64,000 nt of DNA, taken from positions 434,001 through 498,000 of the forward strand of contig JAPEUD010000012.1 in NCBI GenBank assembly GCA_026026165.1, read 5' to 3'. Shown piece after piece: positions 50,444 to 64,000 of this stretch. This DNA comes from Sarea resinae (Eukaryota). A model generated the notes under the pieces. That model saw only the letters and a program-made list of their open reading frames with translations. It did no database searches and was not told the origin of the DNA. Position 1 is the first letter of the stretch. Each line of letters starts with the position of its first letter. The position numbers and the translations under genes are program-made.

Positions 50444-51683
50444 ATGGCGCCTACAACGCACCCACTCTTCTCCCCCGCGGAGCTCTCCTACTTGCATACC
50501 TCTCTCTCGCTCACGCCGCCCATCCGTCCAGACGGCCGCGCTCCCGCCCAATTCCGTCCCTTGATTGCCGAAACAGACATCCTGCCCTCCGCAAACGGCA
50601 GTGCAAGAATATGTTTCGCCGACGGTACAGAAGCAATTGCAGGTGTGAAAGCCGAGGTGGAGAAGTCTAGTTCTGTTGGTGGACTTGGGTCCGAGGAAGC
50701 GGACGAAGAGAAGGACGAGAGACATCTGGGTACAGGTGGTGGGGAGGTAGAAGACGGAGATGACGACGAAGGTGGCGATGACGACGAGGGTGGTAGCAGC
50801 GCCGCGAGGAGAGCGAGCAAGGGACGGGGCCGCGACGAATGGGTCGAGATGACGGTTGAGATCCCGGGTTTCAGAGACGATGACGCCCTGCCCGTTTTCA
50901 TGGCCGCGATGATCAGCGAAGCCCTACTCGCCGACGGCCATCTGCGGGATCGACTGTGGATCAATCGGAGGTATCACTGGAAGTTTTACATCGATGTATG
51001 CCATTTATCCTCCTTTCCTATCCTACTCCCATACTAACGCAATTCCGCGCAAACAGATCCTTTTACTCTCCCCACCGACCTCTTACCCTCTTCCACTCCT
51101 ATCGCTAACAACCCATCTCGCACTCCTTTCCACACGCCTCCCCTCCCTCAAATCCGAACTAGACGAAGACCCTCTCTTCAACGACGACTGGGCGGCTTCC
51201 GAGCCCCTCTACCCGCATCCCGAATCGCAATCCACATCCAAAGCCAAGGGACCTTCGAGGAGTATGCGAGCACGACCACCAATCACGCTCCTGGTGATGA
51301 CCGTAGGCAACAACATCATCTTCGACCCCAGCAAAGAAGAGCTCGCCGTCGCGGACTTCGTCCAAGCCGTCTCGGTCGCCGAATCCGCCTCGTCGCAACA
51401 CCTGCGCCTGCTCTCCCTGCGCACCATCGATCCCCCGTCCCGCCATACGAATCCCGGTGTCCCCAATACGCTCAACCCGGCTACCGGGGGCGGTCCTGCC
51501 ACAGCTTCGGTCGCGGAGATGTTAGCTGCGAGAGAGGGCATGGATGCGGAGGGCGTGTGGCGGGCGCCCCGAGGGGGTGTCAAAAGGGGCGTAGTGGGCA
51601 GGATTGTAGGCATGGTTTGCAAAGCCGGGGGAGTGGGCGAGGAGGTATTGGATGGACTCAGGGGTGTCGATGTGGCTGTCTGA
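50444..51683 (+). CDS. RRP42: Exosome complex RNase PH-like subunit Rrp42
   Basis: SPAELSYL...IRPDGR...FRPLIAETDILPSANGSARI...GVKAEV, WKFYID|ILLLS, LALLSTRLP, IIFDPSKEE; intron 50996-51056. Confidence 0.9.
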
Positions 51684-51922
51684 ATATATACTCTTGGAGG
51701 TTTTGAGACGGGCGGGAGTAAGGTGTTCTTGGGATACGTGCGTGAGCATTCGCCATGAAGGGGACGGGACCAAAGCATTGGCAAACTTGGATGGATTTTA
51801 GATGTCAAATTGCCAGTAACGATACTGATAACGTTCAATTTACATATACATCATGATTTGATCTGGCTGCCTAATTAAGTCTTAATCATCTACACGCAGG
51901 AAGCTATGATGACAGGCGGCAA

Positions 51923-52859
51923 TCACCAAATACCGAACCACTTCTTGATAGGTCTCCGCCTGCCTTCAAAATCAGTGTACGATTTCTTCCCATCGGCCTC
52001 GGCCTCCTGAACATCTGAAGCAGTATTCTCCTCCGCTCTCTGCTTCGCCACGGGCGAGCCCTCGTCGCCCTCGAGCGCGGGCCCTAGGGCCTCAGCATCA
52101 GTCTTTGCCGTCCAGCCACCAAACATGCCACCATCGTTCTCCTCCATCCCATGCGCCTTGCGGTAGGCACTGCGCTTCTCCACATCATCGACGCGGCGCT
52201 TGCGCCGTTCCGAGGTTTCGGCACTGACGTGCGCCACGTGCATCTTGTAGACGTCGAACCAGCGTCCCAGAAACTCGAGCGGGTGGGACGTGAAGAGGCT
52301 ATTTTCGGGCAGCAGGTCGGCGAAGGGCGACGTGTGTTTGAAGTTCTGCACAAAGGTGAAGGTGGCGAGGGAGAAGAGGACGGACTGAGGCATTGTCGCC
52401 ACACATGTTAGCTGGAGTTTGCATACGAACGGACGAAGCAAAGTAGATGGGATAAATTGCTTGATCGGGAATGTCGGAGAGAACGTTTGCGATGGCACTT
52501 ACGAGAGTGATATAGACATGGATCATGCGATTCGTCAGAAACCAAAACATGAATGTCCCTTCCGGCGGCATCATATGCGGATATTGCTTGACTTTCTGCT
52601 TCTCAAGCTCCTTTGCCGAAAGCGCCGGGCCGTACGACTTCGGCATACGGCGATTCAGCCGTGCCGGGTGGGATGGCGGGTTGAATTTGGACGGCTTCTC
52701 GAGGACGATGGGTTTGGAATGGGATGAAGAGGAGGCATGGCGTAATGAGAAGGGCGAGACGGGACGGAGAGTTGCTGGAGCGCGCAGGATGGAGAGAGGC
52801 GGCGAAAGAAGACTGCCACCGCGGGGAAGAAGGAAGCGTGGGATCGAGGTGCCCGTCAT
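51923..52859 (-). CDS. Conserved-looking fungal protein, probably mitochondrial, with one hydrophobic segment
   Basis: Arg/Ser/Leu-rich presequence-like N-terminus (MTGTSIPRFLLPRGG...LRHASS), VLEKPSKFNPPSHPARL, YPHMMPPEGTFMFWFLT; one intron (about 52502-52386); ends KKWFGIW. Confidence 0.85.
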
Positions 52860-53129
52860 ATTTGCTGTGCTGATTGCTAGCCAATGTTGGAGATGGTTCG
52901 AGTAAAGACGGAAAGTGATGATGGGCGAAGAGAGATCGGGTGGTGTTGTCGGGATGCCGTGGGAGATATTTTTCTGCGGTGAGCGCAAACAGCCAACAGT
53001 GCAACATCAAACCACCCGCCGCCCGCATCATAACATCTCGCCAATACGACGACAATTCGCGCAAGGAGTAGGGTATGGCATCCCAATACGGATATTGATC
53101 TTGGGAACGATATATATACAGAGAGGAAA

Positions 53130-53912
53130 ATGTCGCCGTCCACTGTTCACTCCTTCGACTCTCGCCAATACTGGGACACACGCTTCCGACGCTCCCCAGA
53201 CCCCTTCGAATGGCTCCAACCGCCTTCTATCCTATCCAGGACTCTCCCGACCATTCTCTCCTCCCTACCTTCGCCTTCCGATGCCAATATCCTACACATA
53301 GGATGCGGGACGTCGGACCTCAGCTTCTGGCTACGTAGCTATGTGTCCAAGGGTTCGCAAATCCACAACGTTGATTTCTCGAGCCAGGCCGTCGTAGCGG
53401 GACGTGCGAGAGAGACCGATGTGTTCGGCGATACTACGAGGCCAGATGATCGTATGCGGTGGGATGTCGTAGACCTCTTGGATTGGAGTGCCTTTGGCAC
53501 AGTTCTAGGAAAGCTGGTTCGAAGGTACGATGTCATCGTCGATAAAAGCACGGCCGACGCCATCGCCTGCGGTGAGGATCGGGTATTGGCATCACCCCTG
53601 AGGCGCGGAGCTGTCGCGTCCGAGGAGCCAATTAAGATAGATGCTGTGTCTGTTTTGGCATTGCATCTCGCTGCGGTGACCGAATCTCATGCTCGATGGG
53701 TCGTATTATCATATTCCGCCGATCGGTTTTCTTTCCTTGACCAATCTCCAAGCCATAAGCTTCCTGACGGGACGGCTGCTCCTTCTCACTTTTGGACTCT
53801 TGAGAGGCATGAAGAGATCCCTGAAAGAAGTCTGGATCAGACGGGAGGTCCAGTTCACCGGCCAGTGGTGACCCACCATTTGTACATACTGGCCAGAAGA
53901 CAAACACTTTGA
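53130..53912 (+). CDS. Class I SAM-dependent methyltransferase (EEF1AKMT4/ECE2-like)
   Basis: F..RQYWDTRF..FEW N-terminus, motif I ILHIGCGTS, post-I NVDFS, motif II VIVDKSTADAI. Confidence 0.88.
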   Translation: MSPSTVHSFDSRQYWDTRFRRSPDPFEWLQPPSILSRTLPTILSSLPSPSDANILHIGCGTSDLSFWLRSYVSKGSQIHNVDFSSQAVVAGRARETDVFGDTTRPDDRMRWDVVDLLDWSAFGTVLGKLVRRYDVIVDKSTADAIACGEDRVLASPLRRGAVASEEPIKIDAVSVLALHLAAVTESHARWVVLSYSADRFSFLDQSPSHKLPDGTAAPSHFWTLERHEEIPERSLDQTGGPVHRPVVTHHLYILARRQTL

Positions 53913-54651
53913 TTAAAAAATTCGAGAATTGTGGCGATCAGACGGTAATGGATTGATGAGAGCGACACTCCGAAAGCTAGAGCACCCACGAGAGGACGCC
54001 CCGAAGAATCTCTTCTGTCTATGAACAACCTAAGCATACTTTTCTCCCGAATTGCTCCGTTGGCCAGCACACAGTCCAAATTCAACACAACACCTCGACT
54101 ATAGCCACCGCAGAAGAAAGTCAAAATACAGCAACCCTTTGATTAGAGTACAAGATAGCAAAGAAAAAGGCGATATGGTGTCGAGTAATTCCGCAAAGAG
54201 ACAGAAGCATGTAAAGAAATATGGTGGTAGTAGATGATGATACAAATGAAAATGCTAATAAAAGCGGTTAATGCTACCGATGACCGTACGCAGCAATTGC
54301 GGGCCGAAGATGAGATGGCGGTAAAACGAATGATGCTGAAAGCAAAGCGTCGGCTTCAGAAATCTAAAGGGGCCGCAAGGGTATAAGGTGTGGTCGAGAA
54401 TGATCAAACGCCAAGGACCCTCTCAAGCCAATAAGAATCAATTAAAAGGCTTTATGTGCTGTAGAATAGTAGAGCCCGTCCCCACTGTAAATGGCAGTGT
54501 GGCACACTCTCTTCACGAGAACCCGTTCCGGACGCGGTTTCGTGGATAGAAACGAGCACCATACTGCAATCAAGACTTTTCCTGACGACTATGTAAAACA
54601 AAGGAAATCCGGGAAGCGGGATGGTGTTGATATGGGTAAAAGGGTTTTGGA

Positions 54652-57224
54652 TCACCGGTAAGCAGCTCCCGCGGCATTAATGCTGGCTGCTGCGGCTGCG
54701 GCCCATTCGTTCTCTTCATAAGGTGGAGTTGGCCAGTGGCGTTCCATGTCATCCCCCGGAAGTCCTTTATCAGGTCCAGGCTTGGTTGGGGTTTGCTGAT
54801 CATGTTGGCCATAAAAGGCACTATTGCGCTTCGAAGAAGGTGATGGTGTAGGATATGGGTTTGGGTATCCGAGATTGCTGGCGGAATGTTGAAGTGGCTT
54901 CCGACTAACTTCTTTGTAGACTGAAGAATTGCGGTTTGATTCAGCATCATTCCGATCTAGTCTTCTCGCCGCCTTGTGGGCGGAGGTGATGACTTCATCC
55001 AGCAACTCTTCTTCCTCGTCTGGAGTTTCATATCGATGTACTGGGTGAGTGGAGAGCTGTAAAGCTCTACGAGTTCGACTTGATACCGGTCCTGCACCGG
55101 TAGCGGAGGCAGACAGGCTATCATTCGATCTCGTCTGCGCCTGACCCTGCGGCAAAGAATGATGTCTCTTGAGTAATGCATTATTCGGGACTGCAGGTGA
55201 TGATTGCTTGGCAGGCGTATTGGAGTGACTCGCATTCGATGAAGATTGCGCTTCAAGACTGTATCGTACGTTTTGAAGGGCTCTATCAAGCTCTGTGAAG
55301 CTGGGATTTGAAACAGGATTAACCGATTGCTGGTCCATTGCCATAGACGACCGATTGCTTGACCATGGGCCACAACCCGCGTTCGCTTCGATATCATCCG
55401 AACGTGGAGACAGAGTAGCTTGATGTCGGCCAGATAGTCTACGTGCTCGTTTCCGCAAGTGAGAGAAGAAGCTCTCCTTGTGTCCACTTGGCGGAGAAGC
55501 TAGGCCTGTTTGGCCGGTCAACGCTTTCTCGGCTTCTTGACGATGTAGTTCCGCATAATGATTGCCATTTGATGCAACAGAAAGCTGTCTTCCTATTTTC
55601 TTTGCCGTCCGCTCATCCATAGTGGCTCGAGCATTTGCGTTCGAAGTTGCCTTCGCATTCGCTTGCGCAGTGACCGCATCCGATAAAGGTGATATTGGAC
55701 GGATAGACGGCAATATAGGCATCGGAGCTCCATTGGCAGGGGACATGCCATTAGTCCACGTAGCCCGTTTACTCACGTTTGGTCTGGACTTCTGAGGAGT
55801 CGATGCGTCGGTGGTGGTATTCGCATGCACGGGCGAAGGTCGAGGGGTAATAGTTTGACTGCTTCCGCTATTCTCGTGCACAGTAGGCACGCTGTCTCTT
55901 CCGATTAATGACCTCCTCAGCCAAGATGGTTTGGAAGTAAGAGTGGGTGAGACTTCCGTGGACTCTTTGGATGCCTTGTACGATAGATCCGAGTGCTTTC
56001 TTCCTAGGATGCGTGAGCTCGACGAAGATTTCGGCCGTAAAGGATCGACAGCGCCAGAAAAGTATTCGTGGTTCATCGCTTGAGCGGACGTTGGCCGATT
56101 TTTAGGATCCCACATCAGACACCAGGTGACAAAATCACTGAACGCTTTTGGCCATTGCGGAGGCTGAAGTATGCTTTCCATAGCGTGTGGGGCCATCTGG
56201 ACACGCAATCAGTTTGGCTCATTATAAGTAATAGGCGGCTTAGAATCACCTTTGGGAACGAGAAGCCCAACTTCGAGGCTAATCTAGTCCCTTCCCGCCA
56301 TTCACCTCCTCCTACTCGAGACCCCGACTTGTTGTACCAGTTGCCGGGGCTTCCCATTATTTCACAGACTCGCCAAACCTGATCAACTTCATTTCCGCCT
56401 GGGAAGAGAGGCTTCAATGTAGCGACCTCGACAGCCATTGCTCCAATGGCCCAGATGTCGACCGGTGCAGAATATTCGCCAGCACGTAGTAGAACTTCGG
56501 GAGCCCGGTACCAACGTGTCGAGACATATGTGGTGTACGGAAGCTTCGAGTGGGTCTCTCGCGCTAACCCAAAGTCCGCAATCTTGACCGTATACGCAGG
56601 AGGCGTAGAAGGCGGTGTGACCATTGCTGAATACCGTCGGAACGCTGTGCTAGAATCCTGAGGGGACGACGTTGATACAAGAATGTTCTCTGGCTTGATA
56701 TCTCGATGGAAGAAGCTGTGAGCATGAATATGTTCCAGGCCGGACAGGATTTGGAACAATATGCTTTTAACACTTGCTCCATCCATGCACTTATGGTCTC
56801 GAGCCTTCATCAGCTGATACAGATTCCCGTCCATATATTCCATGCAGATGTGCAATTTCTTGCTGTAGGGATCCAGGAATATGTCGAGGGCCGGAACCAA
56901 ATGAGCGTGATTTGGCAATGTGCGCAAGAAGATGACCTCTCGAAGTTCTAAGCAAGGACCGAACGAGTCGAAGCTCTTCTTCATAGTCTTGATGGCAACC
57001 TGCAGATTTGTCAGTCCCTGGATGTCGCCTCAACCCTTCGGAATACTTACGACGGTCCCTCTCCTTGCAACATGCGAGCCAGCGCTACGGACACGGGCAA
57101 GCACGACGCTGCCAAAACTTCCGTCACCGATATCTTTGAGAACCTCGAACTTGTCTTCGAGGCGCACGACACCACCAGAGCCATTCGTAGATGCTCGATG
57201 AGAAAAGTCGTAAGGTGCCGGCAT
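54652..57224 (-). CDS. IME2: Ime2/MAK-family Ser/Thr protein kinase
   Basis: 3 exons (introns 57050-57000, 56249-56197). GDGSFG, VAIK, HRDIKPEN, DFGLARE, TxY activation loop PYTTYVSTRWYRAPE; long disordered C-terminus. Confidence 0.96.
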
Positions 57225-60200
57225 ATTGAATTAAAGTATAGCAATATCTTTGAGAAGAATATGGAAGATGAATTTGAGGTTCTGTTTGTACAGACAATAT
57301 TCGCCGCGGGCGAAATCTCTTCGAGAAAGATCAGCTCTGACAGCACAGTATGCGGCGGCAGTCATTCAGTGTCTTGAGTACGCACCACAGTCTGTGGATC
57401 ATCAACAGATCAGTTGAATTAGAGACACCACTGAAATCCCATCCCAATTTGGCTGTAGAATGAGCTTCCAAATCCTATCAACGTCCACTTCGAAAGCCAA
57501 AAGTGACGGTTACTGAACCGAGTTGATGATATTAGGTTATCTTGTCGATAAAGTCCAATGTGCCGAGACGGTGAGCAGAAGAAGCCAGCTTCAAACGATA
57601 GATAGAGAGAAGAATGGATGAGCGAGGGAAGTGGCGTGAAGCTAGGGAAGGATGAGCTCCAGCTCCACGGGATGTGGCAGGAACCCGACGAAGGGAAAGT
57701 TTCGGCTGATCAGCAAAAGAGCCAAGCAGTAGCGCGAAGATGGCTTGCTCGGCTTTGCTTCTGCAGTATCGGTGCAGGAGCGCGGGGAGGTTCGATCTGA
57801 TTCTCACTTTCTGGGTCAGATGCTGTAGAGTAGGTCCGCCTAAAGACAGCTCGATCGTATATTCGCAGCCCCTATATCAGGTCCGAGCAACCAATGCTTT
57901 CTTAGGAATTTCGAGAAGCTCCACAGGCGTAGTATAGCTTCTGAATTAGGTATCGGCTCGAGCCGGTGCATGGATCTGTCCCATTCAATTTCGGATAATC
58001 CAGAGCCAGATTGCGCTCGGAGACGAGGTGATCAAGGAGTGATTCTCCAGAGGGGCCTTGTGTGTTGGGAAGATCAGTCGCCTTTGGTATCGAGGGCACT
58101 CTGATTACGGCGCCAGACGAGGTTATCGGTGAGCTTTCCCTTGTTGCTGCCAGCTCATAGGCGACCGGTCAGCGAGACCCACGATGTGACAACGGCGAAA
58201 GCTTAGTGCGGAATGGCAACCAAAGGGACCACTAGCATCCTAACGCGAGAGAAAAAGGAAACGGACTCGATGTAGAGCGGTGAAAGGGTTGAGGAAGTAC
58301 TGAAGTAAGCGGGCCAAAGGAGAGCTGGCCAGGTTCGACGATCGCGCAAAAAGGTCACGTCTTTCTCTCGGTGCAGCTTGAAGCTAAAGTATGTGCTTGG
58401 GACGGGCAGCCTGGACAGACCAGTGTTATTTGACGTGGCTGACCGATGGATGCAAGTACCACCGAGGAGTCAAAGAGAGGTGACGGGAAACGGGTGACGA
58501 CGGGTGATGGCCGAAAGAGGGAGGGAGTGGTCCTGGTCAAGCAGCTCGACGTACGGAAGTAGGCAAAGACGAGAGAGCACGAGCGAGATGATGCAGCATT
58601 GGGTCGTGCGCGGGCTGGAGAGATGGAGAGACGGACATGAACACGGACATGGAGAGACGCGGAAGGTTGACGATGATTGAGTGATTAACACTGCAATCTA
58701 ACGGGCACGGTCGACGGACGGACAAGCGTGAGAACCGTCGCGATGGCATTGGGCTCCACGCGGGTTTGGACAGGGGTGACGGCTGCCATTGGTCAGGGTA
58801 CCACAGAGACAACAGATACTTGGCGTTTCCCTTCCCTTGCCCTGTGCTGCGCACTCAATGACAAGAGGCACAAGTCGTGTGCATCCGTCCATGACCTACC
58901 TACTTTGGGTACCTACCCTACCTGCTGCGTACCTGACCCTGTCCTTTGCTACGTACTACGGAGTAGGGAGGTGGCAGTTGTCGATTCATCATTCTTCCTT
59001 TCCCTCCGTCTCTCAGAAGACAATCAGATCATTTGAGTGATCTCACCGTCGACTATGTACTTCCTACCTACCCGACCGGAGGTAGAGAGAGACATCAAAT
59101 TCGGACAGATTTGGACCAATGCTGATAATATCACAGCGTGTATTCTCAGGAACGGGAGACTGAGTTAGCAACTCGTACCGAGATAGCCGTGTCTACCTAC
59201 GAATACTGAGTACCAGACTCGGATCACCTATGCTGCTTCGGTACTCTATCCAATGTACTCGTACCTGACTCTCGTATGGAGTAGTACTCCGGTACATGGG
59301 CGTGGTATGGTCCAGTGTTATGTGCTGGTCGGTGGCGAAGTAGTCCTGTTCGTCCTGTGCCCCTTTTTCCCCTCTGAGTGGATAGATGGCACTGCTCGTG
59401 CCCGCTAGGGGGGTTCCCGCGACGTTCCTGAACCTAATTCGGTCGATTCAGTCAAGTCTGGTCTTAGCGCATGGGCCAGTCCACTACTGCGCAGTGGGTG
59501 CTGACTCCGAAGCACCTTACCTTGCCCAATGGCAGGTCCCACGGTACGAGCACCGACCGACCTGGTTCCATCACAGTTCATCACACACCGGCGTAGGAAT
59601 CAAAAAAGAGCCAGCGGAGAATCAGGTAACGCCCCCAGTCGCTTGTTCCTGACTACTGGGCTGTCATTGGATCGATCGTGCAGCTAGCCCTCTCATAGGG
59701 CGAACTCCCCCAAACCGAAGAACTCGTCTCTTCTCTAGTGTCATGGGGGAGACGGGAACGCCCACGGTTCGGCACTTGGCCGCCCGTCGCTGGCCTCGAC
59801 TTCCATACTCTACGGAGTACTCCATACGTACCTTACCTAGCTAGGTAGACGAACTTGTTATTCAGATGGATTGCTCTCTTTTCATGTATCATTAAGTAAG
59901 ATCCATCACAGTGTTCGGTCCTCGGTCCTTCTCTGCAGACATGGATCCATGGATGGCAATAATGTGATCCGTGAGGAAGGTACGTACCTGCTACTTTTGC
60001 ACTTCGTGCCTTAGTAAGGTACTACAGGTAACTTTAGGAAAGGTCAGTAGCGTGCGAGGTTGAAAGACGCGACCGTGCCAGAGTACCTGCTCGGTTTTTC
60101 TAGGTACAGGTACCCCGTGGACCCCTTGGACCCCTTGGACCCCTCTTCCGATATATGAAAAGATCGTCATCGTCCCCAAGACTTCACTTCATCGCGATGA

Positions 60201-62058
60201 TTATTGCCATTCATATCTTGGGTGCCTGGCTACCGCAATACCGGCGATTTTAAACTGAATTATCTGCTGAGTAGCGTCTCCGGCCTCACGGGCCGTCGAT
60301 GATGTGAGCGTCGCGCCCAGACCAATAATCAACATGCTTGGGGAACTGCTATGTATCGCTGGTCGGGGGCTTGACAATCATCGGCCACGAAAATAGAGTA
60401 CTGCGTTAATCACTGCTATGGAGTATTGCATTCCCCCTTTCTTTCCCTGGTAGAGATTACAGTATCAGATCCTGGAGAGCCTGTTCCAAGGTCGATCCTA
60501 TCTCCTCGAGATCTTGCATTGAATAATTGCGCTTATGAGGAGGGGAAGCTATGTATGCATAGCCTATGGGCAAAACGAATCCATGATACATGGTCAGCCT
60601 GTTATTCTACGAGTCGTCCCTTTCGCAATATGAAAGACTGATGCTCCAGTCTTACACGCTTTCAACGCAATGGTGAAAGATAGGTAAAATATGTAGGTAG
60701 GTACAGTACTGTAGAATTCCACGTACCTGACTGACCGATGAGATTACTCTACACCTTGAGCAACAAAAGCCCACATTGAACAAATCTTATGCGAGACAGC
60801 TCCAATGCCTCTAAGGAGTAGTCAGTAGTTGACAATGGTCTGATTATATCTGCGGAGAGGTTCCCAGCTTAGCTCGGAGAAAATGGGAGACCTCGAGTGA
60901 TTTACAGACCTTTAGCATTATGTATGGGAGGATTAATGGATATCAGCGATAATGTGACGTCGAGTTGCTGATAATACGAGAAAGGATAGCAGATAGTAGA
61001 TAGCAGAATCAGAGCCTCCACCACTACATGATAGTAGCCTCGTCAATGCGAGTACCATTATAGCACCCCTCGAAGGTCCAGAACTGATTTTCAGAAATGG
61101 AAAAACAAAGCTATGAGAGGTAGCTTCGGTCTCAGCTCAGGGTAGATGTCGCGCTCTACTCTACTCGTCCAGCAGTCCACTGATCTAGTCCCTGTGGACA
61201 CGATGGAGGAGGGTTCCTTCACAGGTCAAAAATACCCGGGCGTAAGATACAGGTACTACGCAGCTCTCGATTTTTTCCTGACATGTAAATAAAATCGACT
61301 CCATGATACTGCATGACTGACGAAAAAGCATGCAAACGCTGCCTTGGTCTAATTTTGAATATGTGAGGGAAGATGCGGCGGTTCGATGCACGATAATATC
61401 CTTACTTCAAGAGGAAGGTTTGATGTTTGCTTTGTCTAAATAAATAAGCGTCATAAGAATGTCGAAGAAGCCTGAGACGGAAAACTCGGGGGTGAAAATG
61501 ACGTTTGATTTACAATCATAGCATCCATCTCACATACAGATAGTAGCCAATCTGAAAGGCGAGAGATATCGAACAAAAGTACTGTACATCAATGAATGTG
61601 AGTGGAGCGAGTAGTAGGGCAATGTAGGCATACAAACTTCTGAGTTCGTTCTAAACTATCATATTTTGGAAGGATATACGGATACTCGTATGGCACTCAC
61701 TGCTAAAGTGATAGAGATTCCTTGACCAAAATGCCACGTGTACCACCATAAAAACTTTCCTGGAATTGGGAGTACGGCAAGCACGTTTACCAAAAAGCTG
61801 CTGCTTCCTGACAAGGGAATTCACCATAGTGATTCATTCAGTGCCAACCGAGACTCCCATCCATCTCGACATAAATTACGCCCGCGCCCATCGACTGCTC
61901 CTCCGCTTCTCTGCTGATTTTGTCTCCCAAACATTCTTCATTCTTGGGTCTCCTCTTGCATTAACGTGATCAAAATTCAACTCTTACACTCGCAGGCATT
62001 CGATACAGGTGCATATATCATCAACAAGCTCCCATCTAATCGACCTCGTTGACCGAAG

Positions 62059-63336
62059 ATGCCTCCACGTTCGGCCTTCGCTGGCGGCTGGAGTGAGGCT
62101 ACTGCAAAGAAGTGAGTGATCATCTTGCAAGCAATCTCTGAATCAACAACTGCACCACCAAAGGAAACTCTCAACTTTACCAAGACGACCTGGCTGACGA
62201 CTTGATGTGATAGACTTGAAAAAATCACCGTTCCCGACAAGTAAGTCATCTAGTGCCGACCAGATTTCTTAAGATAATCCGCTAAAACAAGCGTCACAGG
62301 ATCAAATGCGGTGGTTGCAAGAAGATCCGAGTTCAGGGAGCCTACTCCAAGAAGCAGCTGACCGACCTTCGGCATAAGATCTACCTGAATGATAGGCTCA
62401 ATCCTTTGACGGGTGGCCATATCAAATGCCGCCATTGCACCGGCCAGCAGGTCCATGAGCTCACTTGCTGCATCTGCGACGAGACCAGAGGACTAGAAGG
62501 CTTTAGCAAAGCCCAGCGGCGCGACCCGGACAAAGCTGTGAGTTTTCCTCGTAGCGTCAAATGATATTGAAGCCGACAAGCCCGTATTAGCGCTGCCTCG
62601 ACTGTGTCAACTTGCACGAGACCCTTGAGCCTGGCCTTGAAGACGACGACGAGACCGACTCCGATACCGCGAGCAACCCATACGAATCGGACGCAGTGAG
62701 CTTAGTACCCGTACAATAAACAGCTTTACTGATCATCTCTGCAGGGTGACGACGTAGAATCTGGAGTTGGACTGCCCGTTGCGTCTCTCGGCAAACTGGC
62801 AATTTCTTCCAAGCCGTCTGACGGCGCCTCTCTTGGAGGTATTCGTCTCTCTGGCAAGGGAAAAGCTACAGAGACGAATTCCATCCAGTCCCCGGCGGGC
62901 GGAGTCGAGCTCGATAGTCAAGACGCTTACAGTAACGCAAGAGAATGGGACGAGCAGCCACGCAGGGGAAGAGGAAGCATTCTCGCCGGAAGCAACGTCG
63001 CCGGTTCGGCATCCTCCATAACATTCGATCCTTTTGCCTATGGACACCGATCATATGCCAGCACAGTCACCACCGATCAGCATTGGCAGAACGTGAAGTC
63101 AAAATCTAGGAAGGGCAAGCCTCTCGACTCGATTGGAAACAAAAACGACAGATTTCCGCGAGTCCCGGTACATTTTTCTTCCTCCGCGCGAAAGATTACA
63201 CATGCTAACCGGTCAGGCTTATAAACCGCGTAGAGACGACTACGACGATCTGAAAGTCCCAAGCTACTTGCAGGGCAAGGGTAATGCTGAGCCAGATGAC
63301 AGTGACGGAGAATCGGACCTGCTTCGAGAGGCGTAA
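62059..63336 (+). CDS. Stc1-domain tandem zinc-finger protein
   Basis: Largely missed by the ORF track. 6 exons spliced to MPPRSAFAGGWSEATAKKLEKITVPDKIKCGGCKKIRVQGAYSKKQLTDLR...IKCRHCTGQQVHELTCCICDETRGLEGFSKAQRRDPDKARCLDCV, then an acidic/disordered tail. Four CxxC pairs with YSKKQ and FSKAQR match the Stc1 domain pattern. Confidence 0.88.
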
Positions 63337-64000
63337 AGTCAACGATTAATGGCGCAAGCAAGCTCGTGGAGGACAGGTGAGAAACAGGCAGCGAACCCGA
63401 CCGCAAACGGTATTGTTGAATAACTTCTATTTAGTCTTATCTGGCTCAGCATGCATCTCTTCCACAAGACGAAAATGCTGCATATGATCCGATGCAAGGC
63501 TGGAGATCTCAAGTCTCTCTTTATCTTTCGGTCTCGGCCACGGGGACAGGTTGCTGAGAAATAGGATACTCGACAGATTCAATAGCAATACAAAAAACAT
63601 TTCTTTTCAGAAAGCAGTCGGGTTTTGAACATACAACGGCGGAGATGAGAGTGACATGCATGATGGATCAGCCTTGTGGAAGGCGTCGTCGTCCCCACAG
63701 AAAGATGCGGGACATGAGGACGATACTTTAGACAAGGCAGCGAATCAAAAGAGGGCGACGGCGACAGTTTCCTAGCCGAATCATCTGCTACTAAGGCATA
63801 GAAACACAATTGAGATTCCATCGTTATCCTGATACGTAAGAGCCGGGATAGCCTCGGCATTCATGCTTTGACAATTGACGGATAGCCTCGTTGACCGCTC
63901 TGGGTCAGGAGGCTGAGCCGGAGCATTTGGGGGAGGTTCACGTTGCAAGAAGGGCGGGCGGTTGATGGGGAATGGGTGAGAAGAGCGGTGTTTCTGAAGG

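Noticed and set aside
63781..64000. Possible 3' end of a minus-strand gene at the right edge
   Set aside because: Two frames are partly open and neither shows a recognisable motif; undecidable within the window.

Overview
Intron-rich filamentous ascomycete (Pezizomycotina-type) genomic DNA with short GT-AG introns and CT[A/G]AC-type branch sites. I read about 23 protein-coding genes by manual splicing. Several are missed or only fragmentary in the ORF track: a 5'-partial glutathionyl-hydroquinone reductase/GST-omega at the left edge, cytochrome c, an 8-exon SDR, the Zn2Cys6 cluster of a transcription factor and an Stc1-domain zinc-finger gene. Core genes are Ras2, acyl-CoA synthetase, cytochrome c, Rrp42 and Ime2 kinase. 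A central accessory-looking block (about 22.9-45.6 kb) holds transporters, a patatin, GNAT, MOSC, ADH, orphans and a transcription factor. The best novelty candidates are (1) a patatin phospholipase fused to a C-terminal PP2/Nictaba-like domain instead of the usual NLR module, (2) an intronless CNF1/CheD-type deamidase-like gene whose predicted catalytic His reads Leu, and (3) a five-copy alternating-orientation repeat/hairpin array with Pol III box-like motifs at 43.2-43.7 kb. No tRNA, rRNA, CRISPR or intact transposon was recognised. All family calls come from motif recognition by eye; no searches were run.
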